This document shows positions 11,613 to 23,422 of a stretch of DNA of 64,000 nucleotides, in pieces. Position numbers and translations under genes: made by a program. Numbering within the stretch: the first letter of the stretch is position 1; each line of letters opens with the position of its first letter. Source of the stretch: an uncultured Nitrososphaeraceae archaeon (GTDB taxonomy: Archaea; Thermoproteota; Nitrososphaeria; Nitrososphaerales; Nitrososphaeraceae); contig CAWGVG010000021.1 in assembly GCA_963825865.1 (NCBI GenBank), positions 96,001 to 160,000 of the forward strand. The letters run 5' to 3'. The notes under the pieces were generated by a model. It saw only the letters and a program-made list of their open reading frames with translations. It did no database searches and had not been told where the DNA came from.

Positions 11613-12818
11613 AAAGAATTTGAACTTTACGGTTTGTTCCTTTTTTTATTATCTGCCGTTTTTGGCATTGATTTAACTAATAATTCTAATTCTTCGACTA
11701 TATCTTTTACTGCTTTCATTTCTGTCAATGGCTTGACTGTATTTTTACAATCGATATTGAAGGTAATAGGAAGGGGATGTGCTGTAGTTTCTCATTTGAT
11801 TCTACATCCCTAACGTAATCCTCCATGTGAATCAACAAATACGTATGAAAATGAGTTTGCCTTCTCTTTTTAGATCGTATATATTAAAGATTTGTTTTAA
11901 CATAATAATATATGCTAGAGCAACTTCGTTCTAAAATTCACTCCTCACATGATCAGTTACAATAAAATAGCATTACTGTGACATCATTCCTATAGAATAT
12001 ATGGATTATTTTTTATATACAACTATACAAATACAAGTAAACATTTTTTTTGTTTACTATTCCAGTATGTTATAATAAAGCTATAATAATACTTAAGCCA
12101 CTTCATCTGTTCTATCAATAATGGTATCATATCATTAACCACGTCCTGAACACGGTTCTGAGTATGGGAAGCCAATTTACTTCCTATTTGTTAATCTTTT
12201 ATTGTAATCGCTTGATTTTTCTTATTCTGTGGTCATAGTTCATCCCAACATTTGGTACAAAAATCTCTCATTTACTAATCTCTGCTCCAAATTAATTGTT
12301 TTGAGGTCATAAATATGATAACACAAAACACATACTTGCGTTTTATTTATATTACATTAACTTTGCATTTTAATTTTGTGGATTTGCTTTCAATATTTAG
12401 AAAAACTAACTGCTGATTTTTGCTGATGGATTGATAACTCATCTGATTACAACTATGAATGAGGATTAGGATGAGAATGCTGAGCTTACTATAATCACAC
12501 CGTTATTTTATCACATATGATGAATTTTAGAGAAGGTCACAACGATAAGATTTGATTGGTCTTTAATTCTCCATCACTTATTGTATTCTCGTAAATGTAT
12601 GGAAAAGCCTCACCTTTGATTATATAATATATGCACTTTATTTCTGCCCTGTGTTCTTGTTTGTTAAATCCCTTATATTAACAAAATTCGTTTAAAAAAA
12701 TAAAAAATGAAAGGATTATCTATAACTCCCACTAGAATCACATTGGTTTACTAGAGCAACTCTAGGTATGCTGTAATATTTCCTATTATTTCCTACTATG
12801 CTGTCACATCCAGCAGAA

Positions 12819-13705
12819 CTATGGAGACCCAAACGGAAAAATGAAAGGATTATACTGAGACGGATTACTACCTTGAGTTGTGGATTCTCTACTGCTAGTA
12901 CTGCGATGACCCGGTGCCTTGTCACTAGTACAACTAGTGCCATTACTACTATCGCCACTGCTACTACTTCCACTCCCACTGCTAACGCAAGTGCTAGTAG
13001 GTACCTGCTAGTACTGCGATGACCCGGTGCCTTGTCACTAGTACAACTGTCCCTGCTACTACTTCCACTCCCACTGCTAACGCAAGTGCTAGTGGTACTG
13101 CTAGTAGTACTGCGATGACCCGGTGGCTTGCCACTCCCAATATACAATAACTCCTTGGACTGTGTTGAGGGTGTTGCTGTCCCTGCTACTACTGAACTGC
13201 TGTTTCCTTTAGCAGCATTATTATTGCCTGTTATTACTGGCTGCTGTTGTTTTGTAGCACTGGTTGATTTAGCTCCTATTCCTGTGACATTTGTGCTAGA
13301 AAATGAAACTAAACTAGGATCGCTACTGCAAGAGTATTTGGCAGTTATTTTATTTTCTCCTTCTTTAATGGCAGTATATTTAGGAGTAAGGGTAAAACTC
13401 CATTTTGAATAGTCATTTGCTCCACCAGGTCCAGATGCAGTAGCTGGTTGATATGGCTTTATCTTATTTGCAATAACAGAAACTTGGCAATCAGAAGTAG
13501 CATTATCTGAAGATGTTCCTGAGACTATAAGGCTACTGCCGATAGGTACTTGTTGACCTTTAGTATGTGTATTGATTTTTACAGTATGTATTTTTGGTGG
13601 TACTGCTGTGTTTGTAGTATTATTTTGTGCATATACCGCAATATTGGCCCAAACAGCCGAAAGAAGTATTCCAAAAGCAAGCAATAGTGTCAGTTTTTTA
13701 AACAT
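12819..13705 (-). CDS. secreted protein with a Cys-paired beta-sandwich-like domain and a Ser/Thr/Gly repeat tail (frameshift near 13000)
   Basis: Signal peptide ending VYA-Q and the domain VKIN...GTSSDNATSDCQV...GPGGANDYSKW...NKITAKYSC. Correcting the shift continues the repeat to ...NPFIFPFGSP*. Confidence 0.75.
12892..13131. repeat. intragenic tandem repeat, ~2.5 units of ~100-115 bp
   Basis: TAGTACTGCGATGACCCGGTG occurs three times (~12896, ~13009, ~13105) and encodes PGHRST...TCVSSGSGSSS...SCTSDKA. Confidence 0.85.
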
Positions 13706-13965
13706 ACTTTACACAAAATTTTACTATCAAAAGGTATTAAAATAATAAACTGAATAAGAATTAGCTAAGTCAGCTAGTAGCTAGTAAACTATTTTAGCTT
13801 TATTGATAGACTTCATTATATTCAGAAAACTTCTTTTAAATCAAAAATAATCAAGAAACCACAGTTAATAATGAATAGGTGGCGGAGGTTATACAATGTG
13901 ATGTCTATTGAGAGAAATCACATAGTTAGATTGATAAGCGTATTCTGACACTTTACTAATTAAAT

Positions 13966-15146
13966 GACGATTGGACATAAATCCAGCTCTATTTTTTGCA
14001 AATATATATTGATGAATTAGGCTAAAGCTATCCTTTGGATGTCTGAATTTGTGATGACATATAATAAAACATCCTCAAAGGACAGCACATGATAGTTCAG
14101 AATCCATCCTTATTGGTATTCTGTATTTGATAGGCTTGATACCATGGCCAGAATCACAAAAGATGAAAAAAAGAGGTAGACCATACGTCTATTCTTCTAC
14201 TGTCATACTACGATGTTTCATAGTCAGATTGTGGTTTAGAATGGATTCTAACAACGCATTACATGAATTCCTAGGAATGGATTACCCTTACAATAAGAAG
14301 ATAATGAAAAGATGTGGTCTTACCCAAATACCAGATAGACGAACATTTGACAGACGTCTTAAGACCATATCCATAGACATCAAGGAAAGGATTGCTACTA
14401 TGACTAGTCTATTAGTAAATGGGAAGATAATAGACCCTTATATTGTTGCAATAGATAGTACATTGCTCAAAGCCAGAGGACATGTTTGGCACAAATCATC
14501 TATGGATAAAGGAATAGTACCACGTTCAGGTATAGATACAGATGCCAGGTGGGGATTCAGTCATACCAGAGGTTGGATATTTGGTTACAAACTACATTTG
14601 ATATCAAGTACTGGTTCTACCATAGTACCTTTAGCAGCAGATTTTACAACTGCTAATGTACAGGATAATCAAATGTACAATCCTATGATATCATCATCAT
14701 CATCATCTCTGTTCCTAGAAACATGTTTCATGATAGGTGATTCTGGGTATGACGACAATAAACTATATGATTTGAGTACTAAAAGAGGATTTGAACTGGT
14801 ATGTCCAGTACAAAGGTACAAAAAATACTCCAAAGAATAGACTAGAGCTGATACAATTCTATGAATCTGAGTTAGGACAGGCTATTTACTCTTGGAGAAG
14901 TAAATCGATAGAACCACTAATAGAACATATTAAATCTATTTTTAGAATAGACCCATTACCGGTAAGAGGCTATCAGAAGGCTGCTGGAATAGTACTTCTG
15001 TCAGTACTACTGTATCAGATCCTTGTCTACTACAATTATAAAACCAGACCTAGTCAACGACCAAAATCAATCAAACACATGTTATGTAGTTAATGCAGCA
15101 CTAAATGATAGATGAAAAATATAGAAATGAATTATGCCCATGTCTC
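13966..15146 (+). mobile_element. 1181-bp IS with a DDE (IS4/IS5-superfamily-like) transposase
   Basis: Imperfect TIR GACGATTGGACATAA / TTATGCCCATGTCTC; 8-bp target duplication AATTAAAT (13958-13965, 15147-15154); motifs AIDST, DTDARWG, FGYKLH, GDSGYD, IEPLIEHIK. Confidence 0.93.
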
Positions 15147-15649
15147 AATTAAATAAAGAAATAGAAAACCAATTTATGATGATCAAACACTAGGATTATA
15201 AAGCTTTTTAAGTTTAAAAGTCACAACGAATTGTTGAATTACATATATAGAAGAAGTGTGGCGTTGTAAGTCATAATAACTAAGACAAATATACAACTAC
15301 TCAACTCAAAGATATCAAGTGAATATTCCATCCATTGTATCTACATTATTATTTCTATAACTCTATCGGTAGTGAAATATAGGTTTCGTTATTGGGCTGT
15401 TTTATTTGATCCACTTTATTCTAGTCATATGTGAAAAACAAAGTATTAAAGCTGATATTGAAAAAACGCTTTATCCAGCTTGAAAATTACCATTTACAGA
15501 TGTATATTTAGGTTGTTTATTCATAAATCCATTCAGTCACTACCATTTATAATTGTCTATGTAAATAAATCTTATATTATCTTAGATCGCGCTAATTTAT
15601 ATCCCTTTTAATTTAGTATATTATCGTGAGACTGTAACTCATGCTTAGA

Positions 15650-16417
15650 TCATATGTCTGAATCACTTTTGATTGATTTAATCTGATCTAAGCCGTCTAA
15701 AAGTTTCCTTTGAGTTAGTCCAATGTTATCATTATTATGGGGATAATCCAGAATTTTTCGTATTTTTTCTGCACGTGCAGTCCCAAAACCAGGGATCCTT
15801 GCAAGTTCTGCAACAGATGCATTTAGTGCACTCTTGGGTGTGCGAAATTTCTGAAGCATTCTTACTGCAAGTTTGTCTCCTATACCGGGCAATGAAGAGA
15901 GGATTGACAGTTGTTGTGTGTATAATAGGTTTCCTTTCTTTATCCTCTTTAACAAAGGACCATTACTTCGTCCTTCTTGAAGTGATTTATTTACTATGGT
16001 GACAAGCAATTGTGATGTATATTCTGCAGATGGGGTGTGTATTGTTGGAATTCTGAAATCTAATGCTACTGCTGCAAGTGCATTATATGTTAAAGGCACT
16101 CTTTCTATTAATATTCTTAATTGATCATCATCTATTTCTGGAGGAGGAACGTCAAGAAGATCTAGAATATTTCCCTCAATAATTACTATAGGTTTGGAAT
16201 AGTGCTGAGCAAGTTCTGAACATTGCACAAATAATCTTCCATCGTAAATCGAGTTGATAAGATCACGTATGGTTTTTCTTTCTATTGCAGTTTCCGGAGA
16301 GACGATATAATCGCCAACTTTAAGTTGTGCAAAATCGATTATTGCACCTGCTTGACGTAGTAGATCAGGAATTCTACTATTTCGCTCTCTTTCGTCAACT
16401 ACAATCCTAACAGGCAC
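15650..16417 (-). CDS. xpf: XPF/ERCC4-family nuclease, short form
   Basis: IVVDERE, VGDYIV, AIERKT and C-terminal HhH motifs LPGIG / IPGFG. Confidence 0.92.
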   Translation of the reverse strand: MPVRIVVDERERNSRIPDLLRQAGAIIDFAQLKVGDYIVSPETAIERKTIRDLINSIYDGRLFVQCSELAQHYSKPIVIIEGNILDLLDVPPPEIDDDQLRILIERVPLTYNALAAVALDFRIPTIHTPSAEYTSQLLVTIVNKSLQEGRSNGPLLKRIKKGNLLYTQQLSILSSLPGIGDKLAVRMLQKFRTPKSALNASVAELARIPGFGTARAEKIRKILDYPHNNDNIGLTQRKLLDGLDQIKSIKSDSDI

Positions 16418-16763
16418 GTATTAATTTAATCAGGGGGCTGTTAATACGTATTATCTACCTTTCCTATTTTTCTCCATTATATCTCTGCTAATTAAATCTG
16501 AATGTATACTGTTTTTTATTATGTCTAATATTCAGCCGGGTCGTCTACTCTTAACTACTATTGGCATATATATCATCTTTCTTAATCCTTTTCAGATTAT
16601 CAAACACACGATTGCATTAATCATAGTCTACTACAAAGCCTATGTATACATATATGCACAAGCCATTCATTCCTTTTCTATTGTTTACTTGAAACAGCAG
16701 AGCCTTTAATAACCAAAACTAGAGCTTTGGCCTTATATGAAATTTTTATACTTTTATATTCTG

Positions 16764-17162
16764 TCATTCTCCTTTTGGTTTTGAACTTTGTGGAGAGCCA
16801 ACAGCGCTACCTTGTGCCCCTCGAATCATTTGGTTAATTTTATTTTCAACTTCTTTTAGGTTATCTTTTACTCTTGTTTCTTGTTTTGCAAGAACCATAA
16901 CCCTGGTGTTTGATAATTCTTTCTTTTCCTCCAGTTCCTTTGTGACATCTTCTCTCTTTGCCTTGATTAATAGAGGACCAGCACTTTTATAGAGGACATC
17001 ATCTGCTCCTATCTTCTTTATCTCTTCTAATGCTTTGTCGATTTCGACAACTTCTAATTCCACTTGTTGTTTTTGCATCATTATTGCCTGTAAATTCTGC
17101 TGAAGCTGTTGTAAACGTGATACTTGCTCTCTAAGCCATGGAGGAAGTTCTTGTTCACTCAT
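16764..17162 (-). CDS. pfdB: prefoldin beta subunit
   Basis: Coiled coils flanking LYKSAGPLLIK; position in the exosome superoperon. Confidence 0.93.
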   Translation of the reverse strand: MSEQELPPWLREQVSRLQQLQQNLQAIMMQKQQVELEVVEIDKALEEIKKIGADDVLYKSAGPLLIKAKREDVTKELEEKKELSNTRVMVLAKQETRVKDNLKEVENKINQMIRGAQGSAVGSPQSSKPKGE

Positions 17163-17205
17163 AATAATATATTATGATGCGAATCACCAGCATAAAATCA
17201 TACCG

Positions 17206-17472
17206 TTAATTGGTTATACTTTTGTAGGAGGCATTAGCCAACCTTAAATAAGAATTGATAATTGCACGTAGACTTGGAACATCATTAGTCTCAATTTCTA
17301 TATGTAAACTAGAGTTATAAACACAAGCTCCTGTTTTGACTCCTGGATCAGGGGAAGACTTAATATCAGGATTTAACGCAGAATAAATAGATTTTACAAT
17401 AAGGTTAGATTTAGAGGTTGATGTTTTAAAAGAAATTTGTATTTTAGCTTTGCAGTTTTTCGATGTTGACAT
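17206..17472 (-). CDS. pcc1: KEOPS complex subunit Pcc1
   Basis: IYSALNPD...IEIETNDVPSLRAIINSYLRL; located between rpl37ae and pfdB. Confidence 0.8.
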   Translation of the reverse strand: MSTSKNCKAKIQISFKTSTSKSNLIVKSIYSALNPDIKSSPDPGVKTGACVYNSSLHIEIETNDVPSLRAIINSYLRLANASYKSITN

Positions 17473-17685
17473 CGTACACCCCAGCTGCCAACTTTGTAAT
17501 TGCATTTTGGACAATACCATATACCTGATGCAATTCTATTGAATTGCCGTGAACCACATAATGGACATCTTCTTTTTTAGCTTCAATGTACGGTATACCT
17601 TTCCATATCTTTTGCGTACAGTGGCTCCAAATTTTACACCTAAACCTTTGAGTCCTATAGGACCCTGTTTTCTTCTACTGACCAG
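17444..17685 (-). CDS. rpl37ae: 50S ribosomal protein L37Ae (not in the ORF track; two frameshifts)
   Basis: Hand translation gives LKGLGVKFGATVRKRYGKVY...CPLCGSRQFNRIASGIWYCPKCNYKV. Confidence 0.88.
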
Positions 17686-18502
17686 TCTTTAGCAACTCCT
17701 TTAATTTGATTCGTATTTCCTCTCCTTTAACTTTTGCTATCTCTGCTGCTCTCTTTATCTGTTCAATAGTAAAAGATCCCGTAGATCCCTTTTGTATTGC
17801 AGTATAGTCACCATTTGAATTTGTCGTTACGGTAATTCTTGCGTCCATACATGCTTCTTCTTCAGCAGAGGGATCTAATATTACCACGTCACCAATCCTG
17901 ACTGCCGTAATTGATATGGGTATTGTGTTAATTGGGGGGTCTCGCTCATTTCCAGTATCAACTACCTTATCGTCTTGCATTTCAAAAACAGGAAGTTTAG
18001 TGCTTACTAATGCTGAAACCACTGCATAGGATGTAGCATCAAAAAGATTACCGTCGGTATTGATAACACTACAATCAACAAAGATTGTATAGACTGTCTT
18101 GCCTGGAACTAAGACTAATTTGTCAAGGTCTATCATCTCCGATTCTCTTACACCCCTGTCTACTACCCTTGCTAGTTCAACTGTTTCTTCATCTGGAGGA
18201 CCAGGTTCACTATATGGTGATGCAGTAGGAAGCACTTCCGCAGATAAGATTAATGCACCCTTATTTTCCAGTCCTTCGAATGGCTCACCTGTCTCGACCT
18301 TTACTCCTGCAACTACTTCTGAGTTGCCTAATTTTACCCTTGCAGAGCCATTTGCTTTTTTTATAATATCTATTTCAATTTCAAGTGGCCTTATCTCATT
18401 TAGATTTCTCCCATCAAGTCTTTTTCCCTTTGAAATTGCGTCCCACATTTGCTGTTTGCGCAAATGTTCGACTATTATTGTTGAGCGTTTTGATGAACTC
18501 AT
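17675..18502 (-). CDS. rrp42: exosome subunit Rrp42
   Basis: RNase PH fold: GKRLDGR, KANGSARVKLG, ELARVVDRGVRES, DGNLFDA. Confidence 0.95.
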   Translation of the reverse strand: MSSSKRSTIIVEHLRKQQMWDAISKGKRLDGRNLNEIRPLEIEIDIIKKANGSARVKLGNSEVVAGVKVETGEPFEGLENKGALILSAEVLPTASPYSEPGPPDEETVELARVVDRGVRESEMIDLDKLVLVPGKTVYTIFVDCSVINTDGNLFDATSYAVVSALVSTKLPVFEMQDDKVVDTGNERDPPINTIPISITAVRIGDVVILDPSAEEEACMDARITVTTNSNGDYTAIQKGSTGSFTIEQIKRAAEIAKVKGEEIRIKLKELLKTGQ

Positions 18503-19242
18503 TGTTCTTCTTTCAACTCCGTTTCATTACCAAAGTACTTTTGCATTAGTGCCTGTTTTTGAATTTCATAAACCATGTTGCAACCACTTAATGCCTTATC
18601 CACGCATTCATTGAACTGCTCTGAGGTTAATATACCATCAAGTTGTAATAATGTTACTTGTTCAAGATGTGGCATATATGCAACTGGCATATCTGCTCCA
18701 CCTTCCTTATCTTCTATATCATTAATATCAAGAACAATTTTGTTGTCGACTTTACCTGCTGCACATGCGGATACAATGTCACGCATATTAATCCCCGCAT
18801 CGGCCAATGCTATAGATGCAGCTGCAATGCCAGCACACCTTGAACCACCATCCGCTTGCAATACCTCAACAAATACATCTATTGCAGCACGTGGATAATC
18901 TTCTAATATCAAGGCTGGTTCCAATGCTTCTCTCATTACCTTTGAAATTTCAACTTCCCTTCTTGATGGAGCAGGATTTTTGCGAGTATCGGTAGAGAAT
19001 GGAGACATATGGTATCTACATCTTAAAACGCATCGATCAGGAAGTGCCATGTGCTTTGGATGAACTTCTCTTGGACCATAGACAGCTACTATGATTTTGT
19101 TCTTGCCAAATTCTATGAATGCAGAGCCATCCGCATTTTTCACTACTCCAACAGTTATCTTGACTTCACGCAATTCATCTGCGGTGCGACCATCAGTCCG
19201 CTTTCCGTTTTCATCAATTAGATTTCTTGTTTGGTTGATCAT
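18499..19242 (-). CDS. rrp41: exosome catalytic subunit Rrp41
   Basis: RTDGR, NADGSA, VYGPREVHP, PSRREVEIS, QADGGSR, EDKEGGADMP. Confidence 0.96.
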   Translation of the reverse strand: MINQTRNLIDENGKRTDGRTADELREVKITVGVVKNADGSAFIEFGKNKIIVAVYGPREVHPKHMALPDRCVLRCRYHMSPFSTDTRKNPAPSRREVEISKVMREALEPALILEDYPRAAIDVFVEVLQADGGSRCAGIAAASIALADAGINMRDIVSACAAGKVDNKIVLDINDIEDKEGGADMPVAYMPHLEQVTLLQLDGILTSEQFNECVDKALSGCNMVYEIQKQALMQKYFGNETELKEEQ

Positions 19243-20030
19243 GTTTGTTCACCTTCTTCTAACTCTTCTTCTACATCTTCGATAGCCGATTGGATCTCTT
19301 CGCCCTTTTGGCCATTTTGAGCCTGAGTTGCTGAGGTTCCTTCTGCTTGTGGAGAATCTGGTACATTCAGTAAGACCTTCACTCTTTGTGTCAAATTCGC
19401 TGTATGAGCTTCTTCTTCAACCATCCTAATTGCTCTCATGGCTAGTTTTATTCCTTCCGGATTTCTTCCCATAACAACGACGATTCCGTTTTGACCAATT
19501 AAAACTCTTGTTTGTGTTGCCTGCTCAATTGTTTGTATCATGGAACCACGCTTTCCAATAAGCCGTGGAACCCGGGTTGCAGAAATTTTTAACAATTCTC
19601 CGCGAGGTATTTTGCCTAAATCTTTGTCTTGGATCGTTAGCATCGGATCTCTCGTTCTGTCAAATGCAATAATTCTTGCAGCAATTAAATCTCCTATTGC
19701 CAGTTGTCTGCCCATATCGTCTCTAGCTGGAGAAAAGTCTCTTCCAAATACATCTTGTGCAGGTAAATGGGCCGAGAAGCAGGAGTTGACGTCTACTTCC
19801 CATGAGAGTGAAGAATGATCTATAATCTTGCCTATTACAATATCATTTACTCGAGGAATGTAAACACCTGACAATGGTATAACTTTGACACCATCTCTTC
19901 CCGTTTCTGCAATTCCAATTCTTGTAGCAATAATAGAATTGTCTGTTTTAATTACATTCATTAGGGGCCTAAAATTCCCTTCTACGATCTTATCACCGGG
20001 AATGACATACTTTCTTTTAATTTCTTGCAT
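19239..20030 (-). CDS. rrp4: exosome RNA-binding subunit Rrp4
   Basis: S1 and KH domains: YIPRVNDIVIGKI, VPRLIGKRGSMI, GQNG, EAHTANLT. Confidence 0.95.
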   Translation of the reverse strand: MQEIKRKYVIPGDKIVEGNFRPLMNVIKTDNSIIATRIGIAETGRDGVKVIPLSGVYIPRVNDIVIGKIIDHSSLSWEVDVNSCFSAHLPAQDVFGRDFSPARDDMGRQLAIGDLIAARIIAFDRTRDPMLTIQDKDLGKIPRGELLKISATRVPRLIGKRGSMIQTIEQATQTRVLIGQNGIVVVMGRNPEGIKLAMRAIRMVEEEAHTANLTQRVKVLLNVPDSPQAEGTSATQAQNGQKGEEIQSAIEDVEEELEEGEQT

Positions 20031-20155
20031 GTCGTTAACAAGTCATCCTCCGGGCAAAAACAGCCTTATTATGTAAAAGGATTCTTTCCATTTTTTTCTA
20101 CACTTTGGGTCAGTAAGATCAGCCTTATATTTTAAGTGTTGAAGAGAGAGATCTT

Positions 20156-20845
20156 TTATTGTTCTATTACCTGAGCAGAGCCCTTTGTTATAGATCCTAT
20201 CCTGTCTAGGAAGGTGCCTTTAATCCCAGCATTTATTTCTACTACAACCCTTAAAGAACCATCTGTAAGCCATTGTTCACCATTAAAATTCCCCACAGTT
20301 TTCAATACGCTGTAAGATTGAGCTGAAAATTGGGGTGGAACAGTTACCGTTAATCGCAAGGTTTCTGATTTTAGAGGTAAAATCTTTCTAAGCGAATCAA
20401 TTATGGTCTTAGCCTGATCTTCAGCTCTTTTGGAAGGGTCAATAATAACTCTCGCTTCATCCATTGCACTCTCAATTCTCAAAGGTGGATGTGGGACGTG
20501 TGTTTTGGGATCTACAAAACTTTTATTAATATACTGAATAATTTGTTTTTTCTTCTCTTCTACCATTTTTCGACGTTGGTCTGTTGTCAGACTAAGTTCG
20601 CCTCGAGAAAGTATTTGTTTGGCAACTTCTGTCGGGTCTGTTGTCTTGAAATATTTTATTAGTTTTTCATTAGCGGCCCTTGAACCTTTATTTGCATCAG
20701 AATAAATCTCATCAGAAACTAGGATGCCCGATAAGTCAGTTCTTTTGCCCAGTTTGTATTCTAAGGCAGGATTGGGTTTTACTAAAATTTCGAACTTGTT
20801 GCCATCTAGACTTAGACGAACAATAGTAGGCTTAGTATCTGCCAT
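20156..20845 (-). CDS. sbds: ribosome assembly factor SBDS/Sdo1
   Basis: KFEILVKP, IYSDANKG, LTTDQRR, VDPKTHVPHPPLRIE. Confidence 0.93.
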   Translation of the reverse strand: MADTKPTIVRLSLDGNKFEILVKPNPALEYKLGKRTDLSGILVSDEIYSDANKGSRAANEKLIKYFKTTDPTEVAKQILSRGELSLTTDQRRKMVEEKKKQIIQYINKSFVDPKTHVPHPPLRIESAMDEARVIIDPSKRAEDQAKTIIDSLRKILPLKSETLRLTVTVPPQFSAQSYSVLKTVGNFNGEQWLTDGSLRVVVEINAGIKGTFLDRIGSITKGSAQVIEQ

Positions 20846-21261
20846 TAATCTGTAGAATAATCTCTCCTCAGCAATATATATGCATGTTAGTGCTTAAATC
20901 TCAAAACTTTTCTTAATTTATGACGAGTCAGGGATTCATGAAGATTGGCAGTCTCGAGTGACTCAAAGTATAGATCACATCTAAAACACTTCCAAACTCT
21001 ATCGTCTATCTGAGCCATCTATGAGAGTAGTCTGTTTTAGAATTATTTATATTTGGCTAATTTTTATCCTTTGAGTTTGTGTTTTATGCACCTACCCAAA
21101 CCTAGAACGATGGCTATGGGAATTTTGGAAATACTCGAACTTTAGATATCCTTTTTTTACTTGAGAATAGAGGATTATGTACATCATCCATAAATCCATA
21201 GTTATTTACCAAAGGCAACAATGGATGAGATTACAGGTTTTCTTACTCTGTTTTTTGTAAT

Positions 21262-22052
21262 TCACATAAAATACCCACTATGTCTTGATACGCCAATCAT
21301 TCTACCGCTTTCCTTATCCCTTACTATAGTAGAGTTTTTTGGAACAAAGCCATCTGGTTTAACAAGATAAGATGTGTTATAGATGTTAGTCAAAACGTAT
21401 TCATATCGCCATAGGAGGTATTTCTCCTGCTCGCTCATTAAACTCCTGAGGGACACATTGGGTTCAGTATATCCGCCAGCAAGTGCACATTATGGTACCA
21501 TTTTTCATAGTCTGTCCATAATGAATACAAAGGTTCAGGCCTGTTTTTGACATAGAGTAGAGTGGGTTTATATGCAATTATCATGCTCAGTGCAACCATT
21601 GCAATTCCAAGGAAGAAATAACTTTCCGTAGCCATCGATATGATCTGTTGATCAATCAATACTCTTATTCCCTTGAAGTAACTTTCAGTAGGTAGAGTGA
21701 GCGCATAGGATGGGATAACAATTCCGCCGTATATCAAGGTAATACCAAGGCTACCTATGACTATAGGTACCATGCCCTTCCAAATTATTGAAAGAAACGT
21801 TAAAGAAATTAACACAATAGTGATAACCTGAATGATTCTCGCAGGAACTGAATTCAACGAGATTTGTATTGTGGTAGTAAAAAGGTGAAGGGCAAATAGA
21901 AGTATAATGCTGATCACGCTCAGCGATACAAGTGCAGATCTATTTCTGTGAAACCATTGGTAGGCAGACAAATAACTACCGTATCCTTTATCCTCCTTGT
22001 GTGATGAAGGAAATCCTGACCTCATATATGTGTGATACAGAGTCGTAGGCAT
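21262..22052 (-). CDS. multi-pass membrane protein (split in two ORFs)
   Basis: Four hydrophobic segments in 21438-22052; the overlapping ORF 21262-21456 looks like the frameshifted soluble C-terminus. Confidence 0.6.
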
Positions 22053-22507
22053 TAAGTTTTCTTAAATGTGGTAAGTGTACTAAATATAATGTAGTTCACT
22101 TCATCTTTCATCTTATAGAGGGTTAGGAAAAAGTGCGGTCAGTTTCAGCATGAACGACCTTTTTACGGATTCTCCATAAAAACAGGCCTTACATATACAA
22201 TACTCATTTTCTTTTAATGGCAGACCAATTGCTAAGCACTGCTCAAATACCTAAATTAATGTCAAAAGGAAGTAAGGCACAGATACACAAACTTTCAGCA
22301 ACATGAGGGGGTTCACTAGAATGTGTCATAGATATGTATTTATGTTCTACATTTCTTTCAGTCTTTGATTTACTACTAAATACTTTTACATCCCTTATTC
22401 GATTGGAATGAATAAAATTAGAACTATTTTATAGTCATATTTGATTATACAGTGTTGCACTTTTATTATATTATTTTATAAAGAACCAAGATATCAATAA
22501 TAAAGAA

Positions 22508-22640
22508 TGATTTTCGGAAAACATAAGTGGGGTATGTTCAATATGCGGACAGGGTGTTACGAGAAAAAGTAGTGCTATCAGACACAATGATAACCTTCAC
22601 CATGTAGATACCAAGATTGTTTGACCATATGATTATATGA
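22508..22640 (+). pseudogene. C2H2 zinc-finger gene remnant
   Basis: Hand translation gives ISGVCSICGQGVTRKSSAIRHNDNLH; no intact long frame. Confidence 0.45.
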
Positions 22641-23422
22641 TTGGAAGGTTAAATGGTGAATTCCCTCCACCAATTGATCCTTTGCTATACAGACAAAATA
22701 AGAAAGGTAAGAAGGATACTTTGGATCCCATTTATTATCATGATGGCGATGATGATAATAATAATACCAAAAAAATAAGCAAGGTTGCATCTGTATGCAG
22801 AGGTACCACTTATTAACTTGTTTCTGAAGACTTGGACTTGTTCCCCTCTGCTGGGGACTTAAAGCCTAGCGAATACCTTTTTGCCCTTGCTGTAAACAGA
22901 ACTGCGGTAAACGCTTGCGAAGACACCTGCCGTTACAGCAAACATGAATACTTGATCAGCCATACGTGTAATGCATAATTGACAAAGATAAAGTTATCTT
23001 CAAGCCTAATCTTATCGCATTTTCACATTGGATAATATCTACAAACGTTTATAATACTAATACAAAATAACCTTTGATATTATATTCATAAAATCTGATT
23101 CTTAATAATACAAGTTTATTTCGATAATTTTATTCTATATTATATCATTTTTCATATAACATGGCGTAGACAATCCAATAAATCAATAAATCAATAAATT
23201 TGTGATATCCTCTTGATAAGAAGTCAAATCTTTAGTTTTATATAAATATAACTATAGCAATATCAATGCGAGTGTTGACTCTTACATTGACAACTATGAA
23301 CAGGGTTTATACAAAGTCAAGCACTCTAATATTGCTATTCATTAAATATTTGTATTAATAATTGTCGGCATAAAATGCTTAAAAGCCCATAAAAAATAAC
23401 AAAAAGGAGAGGAATATTTTAT

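Noticed and set aside
12716-13000. Hydrophobic C-terminal anchor in the 329-aa ORF
   Set aside because: It results from a frameshift inside the Ser/Gly repeat; the corrected frame continues the repeat.
18099-19818. Plus-strand ORFs antisense to the exosome genes, and similar shadow ORFs over amt, asd, the cob genes, the M20 peptidase and MCM
   Set aside because: They are shadow frames of well-supported genes and carry no motifs.
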